The position numbers were made by a program, and so were the translations under genes. The notes under the pieces are model-generated. The model searched no databases. It had not been told where the DNA came from and saw nothing but the letters and a program-made list of their open reading frames with translations. This document shows, in pieces, positions 1 through 10,545 of a stretch of DNA of 64,000 nt; position 1 is the stretch's first letter; every line of letters starts with the position of its first letter. The stretch is from Armatimonadota bacterium. Its GTDB lineage: Bacteria > Armatimonadota > SYMT01. The stretch is from assembly GCA_046292385.1 (NCBI GenBank), contig JBKBRF010000001.1:159305-223304 (forward strand), written 5' to 3'.

Positions 1-94
1 TTCCGGGCTGGAGAGACCTCGGACTAACGCGATGGTCGCCCGAATACGACGCTGACGCGTCGAATGATATTGAGCCCTGGCAGGGGAGGAGTTC

Positions 95-1075
95 GTGATG
101 AGAGTGTTGATTACCGGAGCTGCCGGTTTCATTGGTTCACATCTAGTAAGCCGAGCGCTGGGAGACGGCTTCACAGTACGCGCGATAGACAACCTGGCTA
201 CCGGGCATCTCTGGAGGATAGAACGGTTTCTTCCGGACCTGGAATGGGTTAACGGTGATATTCGAGACGCGGATTTGATGTCCAGGGTCGTGGCCGGGGT
301 AGACGTGGTCCTGCACCATGCCGCACTTCCCTCGGTAAGTCGCTCGATCGCCGATCCGGTAGCGAGCACCAGTACGAACGTGGGTGGAACCATCACCTTG
401 TTGAAAGCGTGCCGGGATGCCGGGGTGAAGCGTGTTGTTTACGCCGGCTCCTCCTCCGCCTATGGAGACACGCCGACCCTGCCAAAGGTCGAGACGATGC
501 CCCCCCGGCCGATGAGCCCTTACGCGGTAGATAAGCTTGCCGGTGAGTACTACTGCCGCGTGTTTCACAATCTCGGGTTTCTGGAGACGATCTGCTTCCG
601 CTATTTCAACGTCTTCGGTCCCGCTCAGGATCCGAACGCGCAGTATGCGGCGGTGATTCCGAAGTTCATCACCTCCATCGGGCGGGGAGAGCCAGTTCCG
701 ATCAACGGCGACGGATCTCAGTCGCGGGACTTTACCTACGTGTCGAACGTGGTGGACGCCAACATCCGTGCCATCCGGGCTCCCGCCGGCACCGGCGGGG
801 TGTTCAACGTCGCTTGCGGGAGCCGCTATGACCTGCGAGCTCTCGTCCGGGAGCTGGCGGACATCATGCAGGTCGACCCGGTGGTGGAGTATCAGCCCAG
901 GCGCGCGGGCGACGTGTCGCACTCTCTGGCCGACATCTCCGAGGCCGAACGTGCCCTCGGCTACCAGCCGGTGGTAAGCTTCCGTGACGGTCTCCGGCAG
1001 ACCGTCGAGTGGTTCCAGGGGGATGGCGCGAAGCAGTTCGGTTTGCCGGCCGCCGCGTGTGTCACGAGCAGGTAG
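95..1075 (+). CDS. NAD-dependent epimerase/dehydratase (UDP-GlcNAc/GlcNAcA 4-epimerase, WbpP/TviC-like)
   Basis: TGAAGFIGS Rossmann motif, YAVDK (YxxxK), RYFNVFGP, RDFTYV; RBS GGAGGAG upstream. Confidence 0.9.
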   Translation: MMRVLITGAAGFIGSHLVSRALGDGFTVRAIDNLATGHLWRIERFLPDLEWVNGDIRDADLMSRVVAGVDVVLHHAALPSVSRSIADPVASTSTNVGGTITLLKACRDAGVKRVVYAGSSSAYGDTPTLPKVETMPPRPMSPYAVDKLAGEYYCRVFHNLGFLETICFRYFNVFGPAQDPNAQYAAVIPKFITSIGRGEPVPINGDGSQSRDFTYVSNVVDANIRAIRAPAGTGGVFNVACGSRYDLRALVRELADIMQVDPVVEYQPRRAGDVSHSLADISEAERALGYQPVVSFRDGLRQTVEWFQGDGAKQFGLPAAACVTSR

Positions 1076-1088
1076 CGCCGCGGGTTTG

Positions 1089-2198
1089 ATGCGAGAGGCA
1101 GGAGCTCCGGCGGTGAGCACGATTCTGCGAGACCTTCGCGTCTGCTTTGTGGTGGGCACCCTGGGCCACGGCGGTGCCGAGCGCCAGCTCTACTACATGC
1201 TTCGCGCGTTGAAAGCCAGTCAGGCGCAGCCGCACGTGCTCTGCTTGACCACCGGGGAGTATTGGGAAGGTCCGATCCGGGAGCTGGGAATCCCGGTGAG
1301 CTATGTGGGGGACCAGCCGTCGCGCCTGGCTCGAGCGCTCGCCATCAGTGCCGCGGTTCGCGCGCTCCGTCCGCATCTGGTTCAGAGCGCCCACTTCTAC
1401 ACAAACCTCTACGCCGTCGTTGCGGCTCGGGCCGCGCGGCTGCCGGAGATTGGCGCCATTCGGAGTAACGTGATCAGTGAGCTGGCGGCGCACCCGCGTC
1501 CCCTCGGGTCCTGGAGTCTTCGGTGGCCCCGTCTCCTCGCCGCCAATTCGATGCGCGGCGTGGAAAATGCCGTGCGGTTCGGACTTCCGTCAGCGCGCCT
1601 GGCATACCTCCCGAACGTGGTCGACACGGATCGGTTTCAGCCGGGCGCAGAGCGTCAGGCCCCCGTTTGCATCCTGGGAGTCGGACGCCTGGCCGAGCCG
1701 AAGCGATTTGACCGCTTTCTCGACGTGCTGGCGCGTGTGAGGACGCAGATACCGGCCGTTACCGCGCTGATTGCTGGGGATGGTCCCGAGCGAGAGCGGC
1801 TGCTGCGGCAGGCGGCCGATCGAGACCTCGATCGCTCTCTTCAGTGGCTGGGGATGGTCGAGGATACTCCGGCCGTGTTTCGCCGTTCGGACCTCCTGCT
1901 GCTGACTTCCGACTATGAGGGTACCCCGAACGTGCTCCTCGAGGCGCAGGCCGCCGGACTTCCGGTAGTGGCGACGCGGGTTGGCGGAGTGCCGGAGGTG
2001 ATCGCAGACGGTGAGACCGGGTTTATGGCGGAGCGCGACGACCTGGATGGTCTGGTAGCACGAACGCTCACTCTGGTGCGCGATCGCGAGACCCGCACCC
2101 GCATGGGGCGCGCGGCCCGGCAGCACGTGTTGAGGCACTTCTCCGTCAGCTCCCTTCCGGGCAGTCTGGCACAGCTCTACTCCCGAAGGCTCGCGTGA
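1089..2198 (+). CDS. Glycosyltransferase family 4
   Basis: GGAERQ N-terminal motif, GRL..K, EGTPNVLLEAQAAGLPVV; start chosen at ATG 1089 (GTG 1113 alternative). Confidence 0.9.
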   Translation: MREAGAPAVSTILRDLRVCFVVGTLGHGGAERQLYYMLRALKASQAQPHVLCLTTGEYWEGPIRELGIPVSYVGDQPSRLARALAISAAVRALRPHLVQSAHFYTNLYAVVAARAARLPEIGAIRSNVISELAAHPRPLGSWSLRWPRLLAANSMRGVENAVRFGLPSARLAYLPNVVDTDRFQPGAERQAPVCILGVGRLAEPKRFDRFLDVLARVRTQIPAVTALIAGDGPERERLLRQAADRDLDRSLQWLGMVEDTPAVFRRSDLLLLTSDYEGTPNVLLEAQAAGLPVVATRVGGVPEVIADGETGFMAERDDLDGLVARTLTLVRDRETRTRMGRAARQHVLRHFSVSSLPGSLAQLYSRRLA

Positions 2199-2594
2199 GG
2201 AAGAGGGCCAGTCGGGGACGCTCAAACGGATCAGTCTCCCGCGTGGAGGCCGCTCAGGCCAGCGCCGACAATGTCTCCGACGAGTGGCGACGTCCCGCGT
2301 CCCGGCCGAGTAGCGCCCCGGCCCTGCGAGGCCATCCGACTCTGCGCGCCGGGCAAATTGGACCAGCCGGCGCGATTTGACTTCCCGACGGCCCGGCGGT
2401 GCGGAAAGTGCCAACGCTCCTTCCGGCCGGACCGAGGCAGCGGATGCGCTAGCAACAAAGCGCACGTGTTCGAGAACTGCACTGGGCGTCACCCGAAAGC
2501 GGGTTGGATTCGCCATCGACTAATTGGTAGCCTCGTGGAACTTCATTTGCCAAGAGCTCGGAAGCCGCTGCGGATCGGTGCGCGGATCAATTCG

Positions 2595-3968
2595 ATGTCG
2601 GCGAGCTTCGATCACGAAGCTTCTCGTGCATTGTTCCTGGTAGCTCACGCCGTTTTCGGTGTCCTGCTGATGGAGATGAAGTTCTTAGGCCTGGTTCACG
2701 CGGCTATCGTCGTGCTGCTGGGACTGAGATTTGCGTCTCGCCCCGCTTCCACGCCTGCCACGGTCGGCTTGCTCTCCTACCTGGTCGCCTCTGAAGTGCT
2801 CTGGAGAGTAAGCGGTATGGTCCCCTCGTGGGAGTTCGCGAAATACGCGTTCGCGGCAGTCTGTGGCGTTGCACTTCTGCGTCGTCGCTCGCAGACTCTG
2901 ATCGGTGGCTTAGCGCTCCTCTACTTTATACTGCTAATACCTGCTACATCTCTGACGCTGTCCCAACTACCACTGGGGGTGGCACGTAGAGAGATCGCCT
3001 TCAACCTCTCCGGTCCACTCGCTTTGTCGATGGGCATCATGTACTTTTCGGGGATACGGATCAGTCAGATAGGGCTGCAGCGTGCCTTATTCACATTCGC
3101 TGGCCCCGTGGTCGCTCTCCTGGCCGCGGCCGCTTACCACATGGCCAGTTTTGAGGCCATTACGTTCAATTCAGAAGCAATGGATCAAGCGAGTGCCGGG
3201 TTTGGACCAAATCAGGTATCGGTTCTACTGGGGCTGGGGATGCTGTCGCTCGTCGTGTATTTGCTCACCAGTCGCGAGACGATGCGCATGCGGATCGTCA
3301 TCGGCACGATGGCGGTGGGCATGCTGATCCAGGGGTTGCTCACGTTCGCACGTGCTGGAACTGGGGCGGCGATAATCTCGCTCTTGGCGGTAGGGTTGTT
3401 CCTGGCGCGGAGCCGGCGGCATCGCATCTCTCTGGGTCTCCTCTTCGCAGGGAGTCTGCTATTCGTGCAAATCCTCATCCCGGTAATGAACGAGTATACG
3501 GGAGGGATGCTCCAGCAGCGCTATCAGGAAGTCTCTCATTCACGACGGGAAATCATGATTTTAGCCGACCTGAGGGTGTGGGAGGAACACCCATTGTTTG
3601 GTTCTGGAGTTGGGCTAGCTAAAGCAGCGCGAAGTGAGGTCTATGGGACTTATGTTACCTCGCACACGGAGTACTCCCGATTAGTCGCAGAGCATGGTAG
3701 CCTCGGGTTTGTCTCACTCGGGATACTCGCTTTCCTCGCCGTATACCTGGTTTTCAGGGCGCCATCCGGTCTCTTTAGAGCCGTAACCGTTGGACTCGTC
3801 TTGTCCGCAGTGATCTACATGGGTACGAACGGTATGCGACTTGCCGTGCCGGCGTTTCTGTTGGGGATTGTCTCCTGCCAGTGGTACACCGGATCACCTT
3901 CCGGGGTACCGCGCCTGCTGCGGGGGCCTACGCTCGCTGGTGAAGGGGACGGTCTGAAACCGGGATAA
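2595..3968 (+). CDS. O-antigen ligase/Wzy polymerase-family membrane protein
   Basis: Many TM segments, NQ..LL, TFARAG, HPLFGSGVG and SHTEYSRLVAEHG (Wzy_C-like); start approximate. Confidence 0.75.
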   Translation: MSASFDHEASRALFLVAHAVFGVLLMEMKFLGLVHAAIVVLLGLRFASRPASTPATVGLLSYLVASEVLWRVSGMVPSWEFAKYAFAAVCGVALLRRRSQTLIGGLALLYFILLIPATSLTLSQLPLGVARREIAFNLSGPLALSMGIMYFSGIRISQIGLQRALFTFAGPVVALLAAAAYHMASFEAITFNSEAMDQASAGFGPNQVSVLLGLGMLSLVVYLLTSRETMRMRIVIGTMAVGMLIQGLLTFARAGTGAAIISLLAVGLFLARSRRHRISLGLLFAGSLLFVQILIPVMNEYTGGMLQQRYQEVSHSRREIMILADLRVWEEHPLFGSGVGLAKAARSEVYGTYVTSHTEYSRLVAEHGSLGFVSLGILAFLAVYLVFRAPSGLFRAVTVGLVLSAVIYMGTNGMRLAVPAFLLGIVSCQWYTGSPSGVPRLLRGPTLAGEGDGLKPG

Positions 3969-4013
3969 GGTGCGGGTAAGAAGTTCTGCCGGGTTCGCAC
4001 CTTGGATTAAAGT

Positions 4014-4142
4014 CAACACGGTTCAGATAGGCACTCCTCACCGCTGGCCGCCTGGCTGGGTCCCAGGCAGCATCCAGGCACGGAACCGCTCGCCCGGACG
4101 GCCGCCGGCGAGCTAGGACCGATCCTCATTTGAACCGTATTG
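4014..4142. mobile_element. 129-bp MITE-like element with terminal inverted repeats and degenerate 10-bp target-site duplication
   Basis: Left end CAACACGGTTCAGATAGG (4014-4031), right end revcomp CAATACGGTTCAAATGAGG (4124-4142); flanks GGATTAAAGT (4004-4013) and GGACTAAACT (4143-4152). Confidence 0.65.
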
Positions 4143-4410
4143 GGACTAAACTCGAGACTGCAGAAGTCAAAGCCCGGACCCGATCCGGGGACTATACCCG
4201 CGCGGGCTCGGACCAGCCGGTCCGAAAAGCTGGAGCGACTTCCTGCCTACCCCTTGACCAACGGGATGCGTCTTGTAGTGCGGCTTGCTGCTAGGGCTGG
4301 TGTCCAGCGGAATGGCGCTCAGTTGGTTGCCCGCCCCTCGGGGAGCCACGCCCAGTGCCGACAGCAATGCTCCCTCCAAGCGGCTTACCGAAGCGCTATG
4401 ACCCGGCTCG

Positions 4411-5490
4411 GTGAATATGCCTGGGTCAGCCTCGGTTGGGACGAAAGGGTGGAAGGGTGTGAGACCGCGCGTTTGCTTGGTTGGGCCGATGGTAGGGCGA
4501 AATGCCGGCTACGTCACGACGCAGGGCGAGATCTTGACGGATCATCTAGGTGAGGCTGGCTATGCGACCCTCTGCGTCTCCGCGCATCCCAATCGGTATC
4601 TGCGCCTGCTCGACATGGCCCAGACTGTGGTACGTCAACGGCACGGCTACGACCTGATCATCCTTCAAGTCTATAGCGGCGCCAGCTTCGTTTTCGCCGA
4701 CCTCGTCTCGGCGCTGGCAGTGCGGCTAAAGAAGCCGGTTGTGTTCCACCTCCATGGCGGAGCACTCCCTCAGTTCATCCGAAGCCGTCCAGCCTGGGGG
4801 CGCCGGGTACTCGCGCGAGGTAGCGCGATGGTCGCGCCCTCCCGCTACCTGGTCAACGCAGTGGCAGAACACGGCTTCAAGGCTGAGATGATTCGCAACA
4901 TCGTCGATGTTGCACACTACCCGTTCCGTCACCGACTCAATCTGCGCCCACGTTTGTTTTGGATGAGAGCCTTCGAACCGGTCTATAACCCGGAGATGGC
5001 AGTTCGAACTCTGGCGGAGCTCCGCAGGCGGGTTCCGGATGCTAGGCTAGTGATGGCCGGCCAGGCGAAGGGTCTGGAACAACGGACGGCGCAGCTGGCG
5101 GAGGACCTAGGCGTGGCTCCGGCGATCCACTTCCCCGGTTTCGTCAACCTGCCAGGCAAGTTGAAGTACGCGGAGGAAAGCGATCTCTTCCTGAACACCA
5201 ACCGGATCGATAACACGCCGGTCGGGGTGGTGGAAGCCTGCGCGTTCGGGCTGCCCGTGGTGGCCACCAGGGTAGGCGGGCTTCCGCACCTCCTCACGGA
5301 AGGCGAGACAGGGCTGCTGGTTCCCTCCGAGGACTACCAAGCGGCGGCGGAGGCGGCTACTCGTCTCCTTAGTGATCACGAACTCGCGGGACGACTTTCC
5401 TCGCAGGGACGCCGGCTGGCAGAAGAGTTTTCGTGGAATAACGTGCTTCCACGCTGGGAGCAGATCTTTCAAAGGGTCCTTGCCGGTTGA
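4411..5490 (+). CDS. Glycosyltransferase family 4
   Basis: HLHGG, DNTPVGVVEACAFGLPVVATRVGG. Confidence 0.9.
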   Translation: MNMPGSASVGTKGWKGVRPRVCLVGPMVGRNAGYVTTQGEILTDHLGEAGYATLCVSAHPNRYLRLLDMAQTVVRQRHGYDLIILQVYSGASFVFADLVSALAVRLKKPVVFHLHGGALPQFIRSRPAWGRRVLARGSAMVAPSRYLVNAVAEHGFKAEMIRNIVDVAHYPFRHRLNLRPRLFWMRAFEPVYNPEMAVRTLAELRRRVPDARLVMAGQAKGLEQRTAQLAEDLGVAPAIHFPGFVNLPGKLKYAEESDLFLNTNRIDNTPVGVVEACAFGLPVVATRVGGLPHLLTEGETGLLVPSEDYQAAAEAATRLLSDHELAGRLSSQGRRLAEEFSWNNVLPRWEQIFQRVLAG

Positions 5491-5557
5491 GCGGCGATCG
5501 ATGGCTAGATAACGGGGCTGCGGTCCGTGGTCCAGAGTGGCACGTAGGCAGGACAGG

Positions 5558-6970
5558 ATGACGATGAACGAGCTTAGCAAGCCCAAGCTCCATTGGCAGC
5601 AGCGTAGCTGGACCTGGTTACTCCAGAAGGTATTGCTCCCTGCTGGCGACATAGCCTTCGGACAGAAGATGCAGCGCCGGTTGGACTTCTTGGAGGTGGC
5701 GCAATGGTGGGATCGGGAGCGAATCATCGCTTACCGGAACGAGCAACTGCAGAAGCTGATCCGGATCTCCTATCAAGAGGTCCCCTTTTACCGTGAACTG
5801 TTGGATCAGCACGGCGTGAAGCCGCAGGAGATTCGTTGCGCTGCCGATCTCCAGCGCATTCCCATCATCCAAAAGGCGATGCTGCGGGAAGGCTATCCCG
5901 ACCGGACGACTCGCGCTACGGGGTTGAAGACCTTCGAGTGGGCGACGTCGGGTTCCACGGGGCTAAATCTGCGCGTGCGCCTGGACTGCGAGACCACCGG
6001 CTGGTTTCGCGCGTCGTTCATGCTGGCGCTCCGCTGGGCCGGTTGGGCCGAGGGGGAGCCGCACCTCCAGACCGGCATGACACTGAAGCGAAACCTAGAG
6101 CGGAAGCTCAAGGATGCGCTGATGGGCTGCCGGTACGTATCAGCCTTCGATTTGACGGATGAGCACCTGGATCACGCGCTCGACCTGATGGAGCGCCACC
6201 GCATCTATCATCTCTGGGGCTATCCGGGGAGCCTCTACTGCATCGCCCGGCGCGCCCGGGAGCGCGGCTGGAATGTGCCGCTGCGGTCCGTGGTGACCTG
6301 GGGTGACACGCTGTACCCCCAGTATCGTCAGGTCCTTCAGGAGACATTCGGAACCTTCGTCACGGATACCTATGGCTGCTCGGAAGGCATGCATATTGCC
6401 GCGCAGTGCGGGACGGGCACACACTACCATCTGCACGCTCTCGACGTCATCGTCGAGTACCTAGATGAGGCGGGCGATCCGGTGCCTCCCCGTACTCCCG
6501 GCAGCCTGGTGATCACGCGGCTGCACCCGGGCCCCATGCCGCTCATTCGTTATCGCATAGGCGATGTAGGGATGAGCGGCGGTGACCGGATCTGCGGCTG
6601 CGGTCGCGGCTACGAAGTGATGGAGAGGATCGAGGGTCGCGACACCGACATCATCGTGACCCCTTCCGGGAACCGGCTCATCGTTCACTTCTTCACAGGG
6701 CTGATCGAGCATTTTCACGACGTCGACACGTTCCAGGTGGTCCAGGAAACGACTGACACCATGGTGGTGCGGCTGGTGCCCCGCCAACAGTTCGATCCCT
6801 CCACCCCAGAGCGCATCGTGCAGACGCTCAAGCAGCACGGCGCCGCCGACATGCAGATCGAGACAGAACTGGTGGATGAGATCCCGGTATCTCCGTCCGG
6901 AAAGCGTCGCTTCGTGTTCAGCAAAGTGGCGAGGACCGCTTCGGAGGCGCCGGTGAGTGCCGAGCGCTAG
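5558..6970 (+). CDS. Phenylacetate-CoA ligase-like / CapK-type adenylate-forming protein
   Basis: TSGSTG P-loop, YGCSE, MPLIRYRIGD, EGR; lies within polysaccharide locus. Confidence 0.85.
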   Translation: MTMNELSKPKLHWQQRSWTWLLQKVLLPAGDIAFGQKMQRRLDFLEVAQWWDRERIIAYRNEQLQKLIRISYQEVPFYRELLDQHGVKPQEIRCAADLQRIPIIQKAMLREGYPDRTTRATGLKTFEWATSGSTGLNLRVRLDCETTGWFRASFMLALRWAGWAEGEPHLQTGMTLKRNLERKLKDALMGCRYVSAFDLTDEHLDHALDLMERHRIYHLWGYPGSLYCIARRARERGWNVPLRSVVTWGDTLYPQYRQVLQETFGTFVTDTYGCSEGMHIAAQCGTGTHYHLHALDVIVEYLDEAGDPVPPRTPGSLVITRLHPGPMPLIRYRIGDVGMSGGDRICGCGRGYEVMERIEGRDTDIIVTPSGNRLIVHFFTGLIEHFHDVDTFQVVQETTDTMVVRLVPRQQFDPSTPERIVQTLKQHGAADMQIETELVDEIPVSPSGKRRFVFSKVARTASEAPVSAER

Positions 6971-7022
6971 TCGCGATATCTGTTTCAGGGAGCACCTATC
7001 AACGGCGTAACGCCTTCGGCCT

Positions 7023-8261
7023 ATGCGTATTCTTCTCCTGTGTCACTATTTCGCGCCGGAGCCGGGCGCACCGTCCGCGCGGCTGTCGGAACTGGGCCGG
7101 GCCTGGGTACACGCCGGTCACGACGTGGAAGTGGTTACCTGTTTCCCGAACCATCCAACGGGGGTGGTCTCGCCCGAGTTCCGCGGCCAGCTCTGCAGCT
7201 CCGAGGAACGGGATGGCATGCGCGTCTTCCGGAACTGGGTCTATGCCACGCCCAACGAAGGAGTGGTGAAGAAGACTCTCGGCCACCTGTCGTTCATGAT
7301 CTCCGGTCCTCTGTTCAGTCTATTCCGTGTAAAGCGTCCAGACGTGGTGGTAGTGAGCTCTCCCACGTTTTTCTCTCTCTTCTCGGGCTACCTCTTCTCG
7401 CGCCTGCGGGGAGCGCCACTGGTGGTGGAGATCCGGGACCTGTGGCCGGCGGCGATCGTGGAGCTCGGGGTCCTCAAGAGCAAGGCGATCATCGGTTTCC
7501 TGGAAGCCCTGGAGATGTGGGCCTATCGCAAGGCCGCGCACGTGGTGGTCGTTACTCGCTCCTTCAAGGACAACCTGGTAGCGCGCGGCGTGCCGGAGGC
7601 GAAGATCTCGGTGGTGACCAACGGGGTCGACCTCGAGCGATTCTCGCCCGGGCCCGCGTCCGCCGCGGTAGAGGAGGACCTCCATTGCGCTGGCAAGTCG
7701 TTAGTCCTCTACATCGGCGCGTTTGGAATCTCCCAGGGACTCGCCACCATCCTGGAGGTCGCAAATCTGCTTCGTGACCGGGACGACATCGTCTTCGGGT
7801 TGGTGGGAGAGGGGGCGGACCGCGAGAAGCTGCTCCAGCGTGCGGCCGAGCTGGGGCTTAAAAACGTACGGTTCCTCGGGGCGCAGCCGAAAGACCGGAT
7901 GGTAGAGTTCTACCGAACCGCCGCCGTGTGCCTGGTGCCGCTGCGCAACGTTCCCCTGTTCAAGACCTTCATCCCCTCCAAGATGTTCGAGATTCTGGCC
8001 AGCGGCAGTACCATCGTAGCCAGTCTCGAGGGCGAGGCGGAAGAGATCCTGGAGCGATCCGGCGGAGCTCGAGTGGTCGCCCCGGAAGATGCTGGGGCAA
8101 TCGCGCGGGCGCTGTTGGAGTTAGTTGACAATCCAGAGCTTCGGCGGACACTGGGGAGATCGGGACGAGATTTTGTAGCCGCGAACTACTCCCGTACGCG
8201 TTTGGCAGAGACATACGCCACCACCCTGGCGACCATTCGAAAGGCAGGGGACGGCCGATGA
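7023..8261 (+). CDS. Glycosyltransferase family 4 (WbuB-like)
   Basis: HYFAPEPGAPSAR, FPNHPTG, RDLWP, IPSKMFE. Confidence 0.9.
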   Translation: MRILLLCHYFAPEPGAPSARLSELGRAWVHAGHDVEVVTCFPNHPTGVVSPEFRGQLCSSEERDGMRVFRNWVYATPNEGVVKKTLGHLSFMISGPLFSLFRVKRPDVVVVSSPTFFSLFSGYLFSRLRGAPLVVEIRDLWPAAIVELGVLKSKAIIGFLEALEMWAYRKAAHVVVVTRSFKDNLVARGVPEAKISVVTNGVDLERFSPGPASAAVEEDLHCAGKSLVLYIGAFGISQGLATILEVANLLRDRDDIVFGLVGEGADREKLLQRAAELGLKNVRFLGAQPKDRMVEFYRTAAVCLVPLRNVPLFKTFIPSKMFEILASGSTIVASLEGEAEEILERSGGARVVAPEDAGAIARALLELVDNPELRRTLGRSGRDFVAANYSRTRLAETYATTLATIRKAGDGR

Positions 8262-9133
8262 TGCTCGTAACGGGTGCCACCGGCTTTACCGGTGAACAGG
8301 TGGTGCGGCAACTGGCGGAGCGTGGCGAGCGCCCTCTCTGTCTCACGCGCGCATCCAGCGACACACGCGTGGTCGATGAGTTGGGATTGGCTCGGCGCCA
8401 AGGTGACCTGGACGACCTGGAAAGCCTGGTGCGGGCATTCGAGGGCGTCCAGGTACTGGTGAATATTGCCTCACTTGGCTTTGGACACGCCTCCAACATC
8501 ATGGAAGCGTGCCGGCACGCTCGAGTCCGGCGGGCCATCTTCGTGAGCACCACTGCGATTTTCACCCGCCTCAACGCCGCCACCAAGGCAAGGCGGCTCG
8601 ACGCGGAGCAGAGAATCCAGTCGAGCGCGCTGGACTGGACGATCCTACGGCCGACGATGATCTACGGCAACGAGCGGGATCGGAACATGTGCCGCCTGGT
8701 GTGCTACGTGGCGCGCTGGCCGGTGATGTTCGTGGCCGGAGCGGGGAAGTATCTGCAGCAGCCGATCCACGTGGAAGATCTCGCGCGAGCGATTGTCAGC
8801 AGTATCGACCGTCCGGCAACCCACCGTAAGGCATACAATGTTTCGGGTCGGCAGCCGCTCACCTTCAATGAGGTGATCGACACGACCGCCGCTGCGGTGG
8901 GACGCCGTGTTCGGCGGATCCACGTTCCGCTGCGACCGGTGGTCTCCGCGTTGAGCGTCTACGAACGGCTCACGCCGAAACCGCTGCTGAAGGCTGAACA
9001 GGTGCTCCGCCTGGAAGAGGACAAGAGCTTTCCCCACGAGGAGGCGGTGCGAGATTTCGGGTTCACCTCCCGTACATTCGACGAAGGGATTCGACAGCAA
9101 GTGGCACGGATGCGCCAGAAGGGGCTTATCTAG
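8258..9133 (+). CDS. NAD-dependent epimerase/dehydratase (atypical SDR)
   Basis: TGATGFTG, WTILRPTMIYG, QPIHVEDLA; ATGA overlap with upstream gene. Confidence 0.85.
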   Translation: MMLVTGATGFTGEQVVRQLAERGERPLCLTRASSDTRVVDELGLARRQGDLDDLESLVRAFEGVQVLVNIASLGFGHASNIMEACRHARVRRAIFVSTTAIFTRLNAATKARRLDAEQRIQSSALDWTILRPTMIYGNERDRNMCRLVCYVARWPVMFVAGAGKYLQQPIHVEDLARAIVSSIDRPATHRKAYNVSGRQPLTFNEVIDTTAAAVGRRVRRIHVPLRPVVSALSVYERLTPKPLLKAEQVLRLEEDKSFPHEEAVRDFGFTSRTFDEGIRQQVARMRQKGLI

Positions 9134-9505
9134 CCGCGCAACTGATCTGACCAACTCTATGACCGGCCCGTTACCCCTGCTGTTCCTGGTCTTTCTGATC
9201 TCCGTTGCCGCCTGGTGCACCCCGGTCAGCTCTACGACCGACGGATGTGGACCCTTTTCATTGACGAGTTCAGGCTCCTCGAACCAGGCCACTACCTCGG
9301 TATTCGATCTGGTGACGACGCGCGCTTGCCAGGAAGCAGCGGTGCCGGCGAAGGTCGTGCGCGAATGTTCGAGATCCTAGTCGGCTCATCTGCGTGAGCT
9401 TGTGCTCGGGGCCTCGGTGGTTCTAACTCACGACTTGACGAGGCGGATCAGCCTAAACCTTTCGGAGCACTAACTGTTCGGCCTGTTTAGCCCTGCGGAA
9501 AGGAT

Positions 9506-10534
9506 TTGGAATTGAGAACTTGGCGAGAGCTGTCTTCAGATGACGCGGAGCGCTCTACACAGCAGCTACTGAAGAAAGGTGCATCGTTGTTTCAGATGCC
9601 TTACTGGAACGAACCGTTGCGCCGGCCGCTAGTAGAGCCGCGCTATTTAACCTACGGCAGTGATAAGGCGCCTACGGCATGGGCTGCGCTTCTTGCCATA
9701 GGCCCACCATGCGCTCGCCTTGGATTGCTCCAGCGAGGCCCCGTATCTTTGGTCGATGAGCCATTGAATCACATCGCCATTCGTGATCTTATACACTGGG
9801 CGGGATCGAAAGGGTTTTTTGCCGTCCGGATCTCAGGCGTCGACGCGGAAGAGCAGAGTCGGATCACTACGTCAGTAGAATGCGAGCACTCGGAACCATT
9901 TCCCTATTATAAGAGTGCAGATCACGATCTTGTCGTTTCTCTTGAATCCGACTGTACGGAGATCCTGTCCGGGTTTCAAAAGATTGCTCGCCAAGAGATT
10001 CGATACGCAGAGCGAGCTGGGTTTCGCATCCATATGACTGACAGCTCTGCAGACTTTTCGAGGCACTGGAGTCTTTTTTCCGATTTGGCGTCTCGTAAGG
10101 GGCTCTCTTTCCGATCTGTCACGAGCTACCTCAAGCTCATCGATCGGTGTAAGAAGTACGGCGCAGTTCGCATCTTCATAGCCGAAACACCCAGCGGAAC
10201 GCCGGTTCAGATGGTACTGACCATTCGTGACGCAACCACAGCGCACTACGTCTCTGGAGCGCTAGATGTTGATGCTCTGGGGAATCTACCTAGTCCTGCC
10301 ACATTGGTGCAATGGCGCGCGATGTGCGAATGGAAGTCGGTCGGGGTCACTCGATACAGTCTTGGCACACGATCAGGGCCAGTGTACGCCTTCAAACGAA
10401 AGTTCCGGCCAGACGAGCTATCCTACCCAAGTCCCGCAACGCTGGTAACTGGTCGAGCACGCTATGGAATCTGGAAGTTCGTTCTGTCGCAGATGAAACT
10501 AAGAAAGTCATCGCTTCGACGTTTGCTGAGGTAA
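9506..10534 (+). CDS. FemAB/BioF2-like GNAT-fold acyl/aminoacyltransferase
   Basis: TTG start after AAGGA; RGPV, RQEIRYAERAG, W.AM...K..G..Y.LG, FKRKF, typical of FemAB-like proteins; lower GC than flanks. Confidence 0.65.
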   Translation: MELRTWRELSSDDAERSTQQLLKKGASLFQMPYWNEPLRRPLVEPRYLTYGSDKAPTAWAALLAIGPPCARLGLLQRGPVSLVDEPLNHIAIRDLIHWAGSKGFFAVRISGVDAEEQSRITTSVECEHSEPFPYYKSADHDLVVSLESDCTEILSGFQKIARQEIRYAERAGFRIHMTDSSADFSRHWSLFSDLASRKGLSFRSVTSYLKLIDRCKKYGAVRIFIAETPSGTPVQMVLTIRDATTAHYVSGALDVDALGNLPSPATLVQWRAMCEWKSVGVTRYSLGTRSGPVYAFKRKFRPDELSYPSPATLVTGRARYGIWKFVLSQMKLRKSSLRRLLR

Positions 10535-10545
10535 GGTGTGCTGCG

